A stretch of 59,103 nucleotides of DNA, the filler included. It is 7 parts of 7 records of this genome, joined end to end, with 100 filler letters (N's around TTAATTAATTAA, not from the genome) between each part and the next. Parts side by side here need not be neighbours in the genome. Positions count along the whole stretch, not along the records: positions 5,883 to 11,506 come from SRR31147125_47534; positions 11,607 to 22,259 come from SRR31147125_47629; 5 more parts are not named here. The stretch is one strand, 5' to 3'. Of this stretch, positions 10,424 through 20,420 are shown in pieces (position 1 is the stretch's first letter; each line of letters starts with the position of its first letter). Under the pieces are notes generated by a model that did not search any database, had not been told where the DNA came from, and saw only the letters and a program-made list of their open reading frames with translations. Position numbers and translations under genes: made by a program.

Positions 10424-11229
10424 ATGGAAGAAAGATTTGTCTATAGGAAACATTTAGAAAAAATACAAAAGTGGATGTTGATTTTGGTCTGCCAGTTAGT
10501 GTATTACTCATTGTGTTGGGGATCGTGATAGAAGAAACAATATTTATCACCGTTGGGATCTTTTTTATAGGTTATGATTTTTTATTATATAAACTATATG
10601 ATCGTTTTACTAAAGCAGTATTTATTGTAGATGATGAAAAAATAGTCTTAAAAATCAAGGATAAAATCAAACAAGAAATTAGATATCAAGATATAACTAA
10701 AATCGATTCAAAAAGCATACGATATACTGGTGGTTGGATGCAGATTTATGGGAAATCAAAAAAACCATTACGATTAATGGTTACGATTAAAGATGTTGGT
10801 TTAATGATTAAACGTATTAAATTAGAACTTGATGCACACGAATATGAACATGTATATAAAGAAAAAAAATTAAACAAATTTTTTAAAACAGCATATTATG
10901 CAGATCAGTCATGGCAAAGAGGATCGTATTATTTACCAAAATTCTTTTTGTTATTGTTCATTCAAGTCATTTTGGCAGTGGCGACTACTGTGATAAATGA
11001 TTCTGAATTTGCTGGGTTCATGTTTATTATCGCAATGATAATTGAACTAATTGGCTATATTTATGTTGAGTACTTTATCTATGTGAAACAAATTAGAAAG
11101 CAAACTGAAGGTATCAGTTGGGAAGTTGTACCCTATGATGAATCACTTGCGAAAAAGCGTTTGAAAAAAGTATTATTAGTAGGTGTTTTGGCTACTTTTA
11201 TAGCAACTGTTTTATCATTGATTATTTAA
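10424..11229 (+). CDS. Hypothetical membrane protein; -1 frameshift at T4 run 10482-10485
   Basis: ggagggg RBS precedes ATG 10424 (MEERFVYRKH...WMLI); one extra T joins it to the 10471 ORF (FGLPVSVLL). Confidence 0.7.
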
Positions 11230-11235
11230 ATAGCA

Positions 11236-11273
11236 AAAAGCGATTGATCGTAGAGATCATTCGCTTTTATTTT
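11236..11273. terminator. Bidirectional terminator between convergent genes
   Basis: aaaaagcgattgatc...gatcattcgctttt flanked by A and T runs. Confidence 0.7.
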
Positions 11274-11506
11274 TATATGTGATCGACTCTTTTTAAAAAT
11301 GTTTGAGTCCTTAAATTTTTAGGATGATTAAATATTACTTCAGGGATGTCATCTTCAATTTTTTTACCATCAGCCATCACAATCATGCGATCAGATACTT
11401 GTTTCGCAAAACCCATTTCATGTGTGACAATGACCATGGTCATTCCAGCTTTTGCAAGGTCTTGCATGACAGATAGCACTTCTCCAACCATTTCAGGATC
11501 AAGTGC
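11273..11506 (-). CDS. glnQ: Polar amino-acid ABC transporter ATP-binding protein, C-terminal fragment
   Basis: [11 protein letters not shown]...VTHEMGFA; truncated by contig end. Confidence 0.9.
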   Translation of the reverse strand, partial: ALDPEMVGEVLSVMQDLAKAGMTMVIVTHEMGFAKQVSDRMIVMADGKKIEDDIPEVIFNHPKNLRTQTFLKRVDHI

Positions 11507-11606
11507 NNNNNNNNNNNNNNNNNNNNNNNNNNNNNNNNNNNNNNNNNNNNTTAATTAATTAANNNNNNNNNNNNNNNNNNNNNNNNNNNNNNNNNNNNNN
11601 NNNNNN
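11507..11606. other. Artificial contig spacer
   Basis: N-run + ttaattaattaa + N-run. Confidence 0.99.
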
Positions 11607-11608
11607 AT

Positions 11609-13069
11609 CGGGTTCATTTGCGTGGCGAAGATGGGTCCGTGAGTAAAGAAGAACTAGACGAAAAGCTGGGAAAAATCCATGCAAAAATTGACGGAGATGA
11701 GGCATTAAAAAAATTAAGACTTGGATTGGCAGAAAATGCAAAAACTCAAGCATTGAACGACCTCATAGAGGCGTTATCGGCGACTCAAGTTGAGTTTTTA
11801 TTGGAAAAGCTTAAACCGGAAAATCAGGCTGAGTTTAGGAAAGAGCTTTGGACTTTTTACATTCTTAATAGTTCAGATGCAAAGAGCTATGCAGACTCCT
11901 ATGCGGAGAACAAAGCAGAAATTGAAGAGATAGAAACCGCCGCTGCTGAAACCGCACCACGGTGGACAAAAGCTGTAGATCTTTTCAATGACCGTTTTGT
12001 TGATATGCCTTTCATCCTTTCAGTCGCTAACCAGACTCAAGCTGCATTAGGGAAAGAAACCGCTCGGCTTAAATTTACATTTGAAGATGGTCAAGACCAA
12101 GTCGAATGGTCACGGCAAGAGGTGAAAACTCTTAGCCAAGGTGAAAAAAGAGCCCTTTATCTACTCAATTTCATATTCGAAGTTGAGGCACGAAAGCTTG
12201 CCGAGCAGGAAACACTGTTCATTATTGATGATGCTGCTGATTCTTTCGATTATAAAAACAAGCATGCTATCGTTCAGTATTTAAATGACCTAAGCCTCAC
12301 TGAAAACTTCCATCAAATCATATTGACCCATAACTTCGATTTTTTCAGGACTCTCTCGAACACTTTCGTCCATCGCAGTAGATGTCTTATGGCAAATCGC
12401 AGTGCGGGGAGTATTACCTTAGAGCTGGCGCAAGGAGTTAAGAACTACTTTACAGGGATGTGGAAGCTACATGTGGCAGCAAACAACTGTATCCTCTGTG
12501 CAACCATTCCATTCACGCGGAATATAATCGAATATACCAAAGGTGAGGAAGATCATGATTACTTAACGCTTACCAGCTTGTTGCATTGGAAAAGCGATAC
12601 AGACAACATTACCGTCGGCAATTACATTGACATCTATAATAATCTTTTTGGAACTACCCACGACAATGGGAATACTCAACCAGTTAAGACAATGATTTTC
12701 GATATTGCAGACGAGATCTGTGGTCGAACAACACACGATGGATTGTGCCTAGAAGATAAAGTATTGCTGTCAATTGCAACTCGGATGCAGGCCGAAATTT
12801 TCATGACAAATGAAATCCGAACCCTTACTGGAGATGAGGGTTATTGGTTTGAGGGAACAAGCCAGTTCGGGAATTTAGTCTGCGAGTACTCAGCGCTTCA
12901 ACCGACTTCTTCATCTTTGCGCACCTTGGAAAAAGTTGGAATTACAGTTAGTTCCAATATCCACCTGAATTCGTTTATGTATGAACCGATACTGGATTTA
13001 ACGATAGATCACCTTATCGCCATTTATGCAGAGGTCAAGGCGTTGAGCAACTCACATTCGTTGACATAA
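11609..13069 (+). CDS. ABC/SMC-like (AAA_13-type) ATPase with coiled coil and uncharacterised C-terminal domain, 5' partial
   Basis: Signature LSQGEKRA, Walker B FIIDDAADSFD, H-loop ILTHNFDF; Walker A lies beyond the contig edge. Confidence 0.8.
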   Translation, partial: RVHLRGEDGSVSKEELDEKLGKIHAKIDGDEALKKLRLGLAENAKTQALNDLIEALSATQVEFLLEKLKPENQAEFRKELWTFYILNSSDAKSYADSYAENKAEIEEIETAAAETAPRWTKAVDLFNDRFVDMPFILSVANQTQAALGKETARLKFTFEDGQDQVEWSRQEVKTLSQGEKRALYLLNFIFEVEARKLAEQETLFIIDDAADSFDYKNKHAIVQYLNDLSLTENFHQIILTHNFDFFRTLSNTFVHRSRCLMANRSAGSITLELAQGVKNYFTGMWKLHVAANNCILCATIPFTRNIIEYTKGEEDHDYLTLTSLLHWKSDTDNITVGNYIDIYNNLFGTTHDNGNTQPVKTMIFDIADEICGRTTHDGLCLEDKVLLSIATRMQAEIFMTNEIRTLTGDEGYWFEGTSQFGNLVCEYSALQPTSSSLRTLEKVGITVSSNIHLNSFMYEPILDLTIDHLIAIYAEVKALSNSHSLT

Positions 13070-13250
13070 ACCACAACCTTTTTGAATTAATTTTGCATGA
13101 AGTAATCACGCTCTTCCAAAAGATTTAGAAGGGCGTTCCACTTTTCTGAATCGAAGCCAACTATTACCCAGAAGTTGGTGGCATCCTAAAAAAGCATTTG
13201 GGGTTGTGTGTTTATAAAGTCAGTGGAGTTCGGGAACATGATACTTAACT

Positions 13251-14000
13251 ATGGGGGGATGCATGAACAGATCAAAACCTTATTGGCGTCATAAACGCCC
13301 TGAAAAATCACCCGAACCTGAACCGCAATCGGAAATTCTTCAAAAATACCTTTCGAATCCAGCATTCGTCATCGCCTGCGTAACTGCATTGCTCTATTTT
13401 CACGGAAGAGCGATTTACTTCGGATCGCTCTCGTACTGGGGATTGAGCTCAGAACTTTTCCCGCAATCTTTAGAAGAAATGTTATCAGTTGGTGCTCAAA
13501 CGTATTGTGCTCTCCTGTTTGATCATTGGTGGTACCTGGCAACCCTAGGGTTAATATCGGTATTGATGTATCTTGCGGTTTTTCTCCTTCTCTCTAAGAA
13601 ATCGATTCCGTACCTCATTCGTGTGATGCGTACGCAGCGAATCAGTAAACCTCAAAAAATGTTTTTGAATGAAGCAATGGATCATTTATCTGCAATCTGG
13701 GCGGTCGTTTTTCTCTTTCTTTTGATAATTCTTGTCATGGCGTTGGCCTATCTAAAAGGCCAATCGTTGGCAGAAAAAACTCATCAGAAAATCAAAGCCG
13801 GAAAAGAAAAAACGGTGATAGTTAACTACCTGAATGAAAAGTCTGAGCCGGCGGATGTCTCCGGCACTTTGATTCAATCTTCGTCCCTTATGATCGCTCT
13901 TTATAAAAAGAACGACGATTTGCAGATGATCCCGGTTTCCCGCGTTGTGTCCATCCTTGGGCACAAGGAAGATAACGGCAAAGAATCGAGTTCTCCCTGA
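13251..14000 (+). CDS. Hypothetical membrane protein
   Basis: About 3 TM helices plus soluble C-terminus; ATG 13263 is an alternative start. Confidence 0.7.
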   Translation: MGGCMNRSKPYWRHKRPEKSPEPEPQSEILQKYLSNPAFVIACVTALLYFHGRAIYFGSLSYWGLSSELFPQSLEEMLSVGAQTYCALLFDHWWYLATLGLISVLMYLAVFLLLSKKSIPYLIRVMRTQRISKPQKMFLNEAMDHLSAIWAVVFLFLLIILVMALAYLKGQSLAEKTHQKIKAGKEKTVIVNYLNEKSEPADVSGTLIQSSSLMIALYKKNDDLQMIPVSRVVSILGHKEDNGKESSSP

Positions 14001-14153
14001 GTCTGGTTGTTAGGGCAGGGAACTGTTAATCAGGTTTTCTGCGCACGAGGGTCACGTCCTAACTGTTGACATGAACTATAACTTGAGGGGGAGGGGGGCA
14101 ATTTTACTCCTTGATGTGATCCTTTGATAACCCAAGTGAAAAGGTAACTTGCT

Positions 14154-14549
14154 ATGAGCGTCAACTGTCCATTCTGTACTCTGAATGAATCTCGGCAGCT
14201 GTTCAGTAACGAATTGGCTTATGCTATTGCCGACAGTTTTCCGGTGACTCGCGGACACTGCTTGATTATTCCCAAGCGGCATTTTCAATCTTTATTCGAA
14301 GCGACTCCCGAAGAGCGGTCAGCGCTGTGGGCGTTGGTGGAGCAGACGCGGCAGTATTTACTGAACGAATCGGTCCCTGTCCCGGACGGATTCAATGTCG
14401 GGATCAATGATGGTTCGGCAGCAGGACAAACTGTCATGCATCTGCACATCCATCTTATTCCCCGCTATACGGGGGATTCTGATGACCCACGTGGTGGTGT
14501 TCGGTGGATTATGCCGGACAAAGCACCGTATTGGAAAAAGAGTGACTGA
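14154..14549 (+). CDS. HIT family nucleotide hydrolase
   Basis: CPFC Zn motif; AGQTVMHLHIHLIPR histidine triad. Confidence 0.95.
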   Translation: MSVNCPFCTLNESRQLFSNELAYAIADSFPVTRGHCLIIPKRHFQSLFEATPEERSALWALVEQTRQYLLNESVPVPDGFNVGINDGSAAGQTVMHLHIHLIPRYTGDSDDPRGGVRWIMPDKAPYWKKSD

Positions 14550-14709
14550 CTAAAAAGTTGTCTCGACCTGTTGTCCAAGCTGCGCAGAACCTCTGAATCC
14601 GCTCCCGGTCCTTGCTTTGTTGGTTCTTGTCATTCGCGGGATCGAAAATTCAATTTTCCACACATTCGTATTCAGTCGACTTGATCCCATTCCTTCCCCT
14701 GTGCCTCAA

Positions 14710-15564
14710 TCAATTCTGACCACGCAAAAGCAGATAACGAACCAGGTACCAGAAAAGCATGATCAACGCAATCAGAGGTAACGCCGGGATAAACAAGCCG
14801 GAGACTTGCGCCAGCATCGTGGCGACAAACAGCGCGACGACTGATACCGGCAGGTAGCGGCCGATCCGCCCCTGGCGCGCCAATGTTTCGCCAGAGGTTC
14901 CAAGCAGGTTGTCGTTGATTCCGTGACGCTGGGCGACAATCGCGAAGAAGACTACGATAATCCAGTCAGAAATGCCGAACACCGGGGCCAACTCGGTCGA
15001 GCCGGGAAACACCAGCTTGATCAGCACCATGTCGATGAACGGCACTGGCCCGACTGGGTCCAGGTAATACTGTTCGATCTGTTGACTAAAAGTCGCGGTC
15101 GGTCCATAGAGCCAGCTGGCAAAATCGGCCAGGGACATCGCAATGCCAATCGGTACGATCTCCCACAGCCGCTTAACATAGCGTGCTAGCGCGGCTCCAA
15201 TGAGGGTCGCGACCAACAGCAGTAGCCCTGACTTGATCACCGTCAAAAAAGACTGCCAAGAACCACCCAAGGGGAGTTGATTGATCAGCCAGATGCTCAA
15301 GCCCAAGATGATCCCCCAAAAGAGATAAAAACCACGGCTGCGGTCTTCAGGGTGGAGTAGCAGAACCGGCAGCAGCAATTGCGCGGCAGCGTATAACTGC
15401 AAGGCAATAAAACCGGCGGTCAACCAGGGAGTCGTTGATTCGACCAGCCGTCCGGTCGACCAGAGGCCGTAGAGTGCACAACTCCATAGCAGGTGGCTGG
15501 CGATCAGCATCAGAAGCAGTCGCTGGTTTGATCGGCTGAATGTGGTCAATGGATGTAGCGGCAT
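14710..15564 (-). CDS. Polytopic membrane protein with presenilin/SPP-like motifs
   Basis: About 9 hydrophobic segments; intramembrane Asp in LADF and FGISDW; C-terminal PALP. Confidence 0.7.
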   Translation of the reverse strand: MPLHPLTTFSRSNQRLLLMLIASHLLWSCALYGLWSTGRLVESTTPWLTAGFIALQLYAAAQLLLPVLLLHPEDRSRGFYLFWGIILGLSIWLINQLPLGGSWQSFLTVIKSGLLLLVATLIGAALARYVKRLWEIVPIGIAMSLADFASWLYGPTATFSQQIEQYYLDPVGPVPFIDMVLIKLVFPGSTELAPVFGISDWIIVVFFAIVAQRHGINDNLLGTSGETLARQGRIGRYLPVSVVALFVATMLAQVSGLFIPALPLIALIMLFWYLVRYLLLRGQN

Positions 15565-15800
15565 GGGTCGGTCAGGCCTCGGTATTAGGATCGTTTGGCT
15601 TGAGAAAGTGTAGTCGCGGCGGGTTATATATGCAAGTGAGCAATATTGAGGTTGGCTATCGGTCTATTATTGTCCTGATTTTTTAAATTTCAACGGGTTC
15701 AGTTGGTTCGACTCTGAAGATTGGGATGCTTCAGGGGGGAGATTGAGCCGCTTTGCTCCCGGATCTCTGGACGTCAGATCGTCAAAAACGGAAGGGGACT

Positions 15801-16657
15801 CTATTTCCGGATGGATTCAATAACGGAGACACCGAGAATCAGCAGCCCCCGCAAACGACTGAGACGCTGGGGAATTCACTGATCACGACAGCGGCAAGAA
15901 CGGCGGCAATCAGAGGCTGTAAACAACCGATCAATGCAGCGGACTTTGCCGCCAGCTGTTTCAGGCTGAAGGTCAGCAGAGTGTGGGCCGTTGCGGTACT
16001 GAGTATCCCGAGGGCAATGACCGTCCCCCAGTGAGGGGCAGGCAGGTCTCGTATCTGTAACGTATCGAGAAAAGGAAGGAGCATGATTGCAATCGCTAAA
16101 ACCTGATAGAACATCAGGCTGTGACTTGGAACCGAACTGTAACGATATTTCTGAATCAGATTTCTCAGAGAAAAAAGCAGCGCTGAAAGGACGCCCCAGA
16201 AAACACCTTCGGCCACGCCCCCCTGAACCTCATGCAGATTCTGACTGACCATAATGCCGATGCCTGCCAGAACCATCAGGCCGGCAAACAAATCCGATTT
16301 CAGCAATCGTTGCCGACTGAAAAAAGGTTCAAGCAGAATTGTGATGATGGGAAAGCTGAACAGGGACAGCATCCCGACGGCTACAGTGGAAACCTGCATC
16401 GCGTGAAAAAACGTGACCCAGTGTGTTCCGAGAAGAACCCCGAGAAAGGCGATTGGAACATAATCCCTTTTTCTTTCAAGAATCAGGGACTTACGACTTA
16501 AACGGGCAAAAACCAGAAAGCCGCCAATGGCAACCAGACTGCGCAGTTGGGTGATCGATAGAGCATCAAGGGGGATCAGTTTGGCAAACAGGCCATTCAG
16601 CGCCAGCAGGAATACAGCCAGATAGAGAGCCAGCAGGCCTTTCAGGTGATTGTTCAC
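15801..16657 (-). CDS. DMT/EamA family transporter; -1 frameshift at C5 run 15846-15850
   Basis: Two EamA repeats; one extra G restores the last helix VCGGLLILGVSVIESIRK* (stop 15801-15803). Confidence 0.88.
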
Positions 16658-16672
16658 ATCAGTACGTCAGGC

Positions 16673-16966
16673 TCACTGGCGAGGGCCTGTTCCTTCCGTC
16701 ATCATTCCAAGGAGAAAGATAATTCCGGCCAACATCAGGGCCAGGCTGATCCAGTAGCCGTAATAGGCAATCCCGACCCGCCCGGTCTCGTCACGCGTGA
16801 TCTGTTTATAATTCTTCAGCTGCCTGTGCACCTGCCAGCGGATCTCAAAAAAACTCAGGCCGCCTCCGGTCACAGAAACACGTCGCAGGATCTGAATTGA
16901 AAAATAGAAATTAATCAGCCCGGCACACAGGATGAGGGACAGAACGAGGACAAGCATAAGGGTCAT
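16673..16966 (-). CDS. Small two-TM hypothetical protein
   Basis: Tightly packed in the operon between the lipoprotein and DMT genes. Confidence 0.7.
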   Translation of the reverse strand: MTLMLVLVLSLILCAGLINFYFSIQILRRVSVTGGGLSFFEIRWQVHRQLKNYKQITRDETGRVGIAYYGYWISLALMLAGIIFLLGMMTEGTGPRQ

Positions 16967-16968
16967 CG

Positions 16969-17400
16969 TTATTGCGCACGCTGTTCAAGTTGAATCAGCA
17001 GCCCCTTGAGCTGTTCAATCTGTTCTTTCAACTGCTGATTTTCAAGAGTCAACGCATCACGCTTGGATTCTAAGGCACCCGTCTCCGCCCGAGCATTTGT
17101 CAGCGCATGCTTCAGTTGGTCGACCTCCGTCCTGCTCTCATCCAGCTGTTTTTTCCGCTGTTCGACTTCCAGAGCATACAGTTCAAGCGTTTCCGCATGT
17201 TTCGCCCAGCTGCTGCTCGGATAGTCACTTCTGAACTGCTGTAGCAGGCGCACCTGATGCGTCGATCGGAATTCATTGATCGTAAACGTAAAAGCCTCCT
17301 GATCCTTCGGAACCGGAGTTCTTTTAAACTCTGGTAGGAGAGGAGTACAGGCTGACGTTGTCAGCAGCAGCAACACGCTAAGAACAATGCCGTTACGCAT
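16969..17400 (-). CDS. Putative lipoprotein with C-terminal coiled coil
   Basis: Lipobox-like TSAC after a hydrophobic leader; Q/E/L-rich heptad tail. Confidence 0.75.
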   Translation of the reverse strand: MRNGIVLSVLLLLTTSACTPLLPEFKRTPVPKDQEAFTFTINEFRSTHQVRLLQQFRSDYPSSSWAKHAETLELYALEVEQRKKQLDESRTEVDQLKHALTNARAETGALESKRDALTLENQQLKEQIEQLKGLLIQLEQRAQ

Positions 17401-17403
17401 ATA

Positions 17404-18726
17404 TTAACGACGCCTTTCCAACATATAATTACTTCCATCCTGAACCTTGAGGTACTCTTTCAGGCGTGCGCAATCCTGACTGATCGCAAGCCGTGAAGGA
17501 TACTCGTAATGGTCCGACGGGATGACCGCAATTGAAATGGTCATCAAGGGGAAGGTTCTTTTAACCCCGTAGCGATCTTTGCCTACAAATGACCCTGCCT
17601 CGCGGTCTGATTCATTGTAAAAACTCGGAACCAGATCTTCAAATGCTTCGATAACCTTCTGCGCTATTGTCTCGCCAAGATCGAGAGTCGTCAGGACGAC
17701 ATAATCATCCCCACCGATGTGGCCAATCAGATCGTCGGCCGTGCCATGCTGTCCGACAACCCTCTGAATCAGGTCACCGACACTGGCCAGAACATCACTT
17801 CCGGCTTTATAACCATAACGGTCGCTATAAGCCTTAAAATTATCCAAATCAAAGTAAAGATGGGAAAACGGCTCTCTCTGATTGATCCGCAGATCAATCT
17901 CGCGATCGATCGCCAGGTTGCCCGGTAACTGCGTCAGAGGGTTCGCATCGAGGCGCAATTGCTCCAGATCACGCAATTTCTCACCCATTCTAGAAAAGTC
18001 ATGCGCCAGCTGAGCAAACTCGTCGTTTCCACTCAACTCAGGCTGGTGCTCAAATCGCCCTGCAGAAATCTTTTGAGTCGCCTTTTTAAGAGCTCTAACA
18101 GAGCGATGGATACTCAGGATAACCGTGACAGACACAGGCGCTGAGAGGCAGATACCGATCAGGGTCAGGAGGGCAGTCATCTGGAATGCGTCGCCCGTGT
18201 GTTCAAACAGGCGTTCCAGATCTTTATTGATGGTCTGCTGTTGCCTTTGCCGCAGCTCCGCCAGATAATTCAGCAACTGAACGCGCAAGGGAACAGTGAC
18301 TTCATTCGAAAGCTTGAGGGCCTGTTCCCAGTACTCAAAAAACAAGGCTTCGGACAATTCAGACTGAGCCTGACGGTATTCCTGAACAAGCTTAACCAGA
18401 GCCCTGATCTCCTGGGAAACCGTGAACTGGTTCAATGTCAGCGCATAGCGGATAAATTCCTCATTCCTGTTGATTCGCAGTTCGCTCAACGCAGGGTCGC
18501 GTAGAATGAGGAGTTGTTTCTCTATGTTTTCCTGAGCCAGGAGGTTCTGCTGAAGGTCGCGGACCAGTTCGAAGGACCGGAATTCGATATTGACCAACTG
18601 CTCGGTCTGTTGTGTCTGCTGGTGAAGTCGTGACAAGGCGAAACCGACAGCCAGAAGGCTGAAGATCACGATGACGAGGTAACCGACAATGACTTTTTTT
18701 GTAACCGTAGAGAATAAGTTCAGCAT
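17404..18726 (-). CDS. Membrane sensor diguanylate cyclase (periplasmic helical domain, HAMP, GGDEF)
   Basis: Two TM helices, HAMP (DEFAQLAHDF), DLDNFKAYSDRYG, GHIGGDDY. Confidence 0.9.
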   Translation of the reverse strand: MLNLFSTVTKKVIVGYLVIVIFSLLAVGFALSRLHQQTQQTEQLVNIEFRSFELVRDLQQNLLAQENIEKQLLILRDPALSELRINRNEEFIRYALTLNQFTVSQEIRALVKLVQEYRQAQSELSEALFFEYWEQALKLSNEVTVPLRVQLLNYLAELRQRQQQTINKDLERLFEHTGDAFQMTALLTLIGICLSAPVSVTVILSIHRSVRALKKATQKISAGRFEHQPELSGNDEFAQLAHDFSRMGEKLRDLEQLRLDANPLTQLPGNLAIDREIDLRINQREPFSHLYFDLDNFKAYSDRYGYKAGSDVLASVGDLIQRVVGQHGTADDLIGHIGGDDYVVLTTLDLGETIAQKVIEAFEDLVPSFYNESDREAGSFVGKDRYGVKRTFPLMTISIAVIPSDHYEYPSRLAISQDCARLKEYLKVQDGSNYMLERRR

Positions 18727-18817
18727 TTTTCTATCAGACGACAGGGTTCACGTCACATTCTACTACAGACAAAAATAACTCTGGTCAATTTTAATGACTT
18801 TTTGTAAAGCATCAAAT

Positions 18818-18845
18818 AAAAAGGGCGCCCATCAGGGCGCCCTTT
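18818..18845 (-). terminator. Rho-independent terminator of the liv operon
   Basis: aaagggcgccc-atca-gggcgcccttt, T-rich tail on the minus strand. Confidence 0.85.
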
Positions 18846-18857
18846 CGCAGGTCGATC

Positions 18858-19565
18858 CTACATACCTAAATAAGCTTTTCGGACATCATCATTTTCCAGC
18901 AGATTATTAGCGCTATCCATCAAGGTAATCCTGCCATTTTCCATGACGTATCCTCTGTCAGCAAGTTTGAGCGCCTGATTCGCGTTCTGTTCAACGAGGA
19001 AGATCGTCGTGTTGCTCTCCTTGTTGATCTGGCGGATGATCTCAAAAATCTGCTTGATAATCAGTGGTGCAAGCCCCAATGACGGTTCATCAAGCAAAAG
19101 GACCCGAGGACGCGCCATCAACGCACGGGAGATCGCGAGCATCTGTTGCTCCCCACCCGACAAGGTGCCACCCAACTGATTCCTCCGCTTTTCCAGAATC
19201 GGGAACAGGGTCATGACGTAGTTCAGGTCTTGTTGTGTAAGGCGTTTGTTCTTGCGCAGGAAGGCCCCCATTTCGAGATTTTCCTGGACCGTCATATCAG
19301 GGAAAATGCGCCGTCCTTCCGGCACCTGAACAATCCCTTTCTGCACAACCTTATCTGCGCTCATTCCGGTGATAGAATCACCATCAAGGGTAATCTCACC
19401 AGAGCGGGGAGGACTGATCCCACAGATTGACATGAGTGTCGTCGTCTTACCAGCGCCGTTTGCACCGATCAGTGCGACAATCTCACCCTCTTTAATCTCT
19501 ATTGAGACGTCTTTCAGGGCCTGAATATTACCGTAATAAGTCTGGATGTTTTCTATCTTCAGCAT
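18858..19565 (-). CDS. livF: Branched-chain amino-acid ABC transporter ATPase
   Basis: GANGAGKTT, VPEGRRIF, LSGGEQQML, DEPSLGLAP. Confidence 0.97.
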   Translation of the reverse strand: MLKIENIQTYYGNIQALKDVSIEIKEGEIVALIGANGAGKTTTLMSICGISPPRSGEITLDGDSITGMSADKVVQKGIVQVPEGRRIFPDMTVQENLEMGAFLRKNKRLTQQDLNYVMTLFPILEKRRNQLGGTLSGGEQQMLAISRALMARPRVLLLDEPSLGLAPLIIKQIFEIIRQINKESNTTIFLVEQNANQALKLADRGYVMENGRITLMDSANNLLENDDVRKAYLGM

Positions 19566-19622
19566 AGTTGATTCTCGTCAGTTTAAAAGCACAGCCCCGC
19601 TCTGTGAACGAGGACATGACTA

Positions 19623-20420
19623 TCAGGCCTCTGTCTCTTCGCCCAGATACGCTTCGATAACCTTGGGGTTATCCTTGATTTCCTGCGGACTTCCCTCGGC
19701 AATTTTCTTACCGTATTCCATGACATAAATCGGATTTGAAATATTCATGACCAGTTTCATGTCGTGTTCAATCAGGAGGATCGCAATTTTGTCTTCTGCG
19801 CTGATGCGGCAGATCAGCTGGTCCAATTCAGACGTCTCCTGCGGGTTCATACCTGCTGCCGGTTCATCAAGCAGCAGCAGGAACGGGTCGGTCGCCATCG
19901 CGCGCGCGATTTCCAGACGTCGTTGAGCACCGTAGGGCAAGTTTTTTGCGAATTCATTGGCAAACCGGGCCAGACCAACCTTTTTCAACAAATCGTAACT
20001 GTCCTCAACAATTTGCTGTTCTTCTTCCCGGACCGACTTCCCACGCAGAATTGAACGAAAGATCCCTGAATGGGTCCGGCAATGGCGGCCGATCATGACG
20101 TTTTCCAGCACCGTCATATCGGAGAACAAACGGATATTCTGAAACGTCCTCGCCAGGCCCATCTCGGTGACCTTGTTCGGTTTCAATCCATTCAGGCGAC
20201 GTGTCTCTCCTCCCTTCGGGTGAAGCAGAACGTCTCCCTTGGTCGGTGCATAAATGCCGGTAACGCAGTTGAAAAAGGTCGTTTTACCAGCACCGTTCGG
20301 GCCGATCAAAGCTGCAATTTCACCTTCATGAACCTCAAGGGAAACGCTATCCACGGCGCGAAGACCGCCAAAATCCATGGTCAAACTTTTTACTTCGAGA
20401 ATTTTATGTTTTTCAGCCAT
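19623..20420 (-). CDS. livG: Branched-chain amino-acid ABC transporter ATPase
   Basis: GPNGAGKTT, ARTFQNIRLF, LPYGAQRRLEIARA. Confidence 0.97.
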   Translation of the reverse strand: MAEKHKILEVKSLTMDFGGLRAVDSVSLEVHEGEIAALIGPNGAGKTTFFNCVTGIYAPTKGDVLLHPKGGETRRLNGLKPNKVTEMGLARTFQNIRLFSDMTVLENVMIGRHCRTHSGIFRSILRGKSVREEEQQIVEDSYDLLKKVGLARFANEFAKNLPYGAQRRLEIARAMATDPFLLLLDEPAAGMNPQETSELDQLICRISAEDKIAILLIEHDMKLVMNISNPIYVMEYGKKIAEGSPQEIKDNPKVIEAYLGEETEA

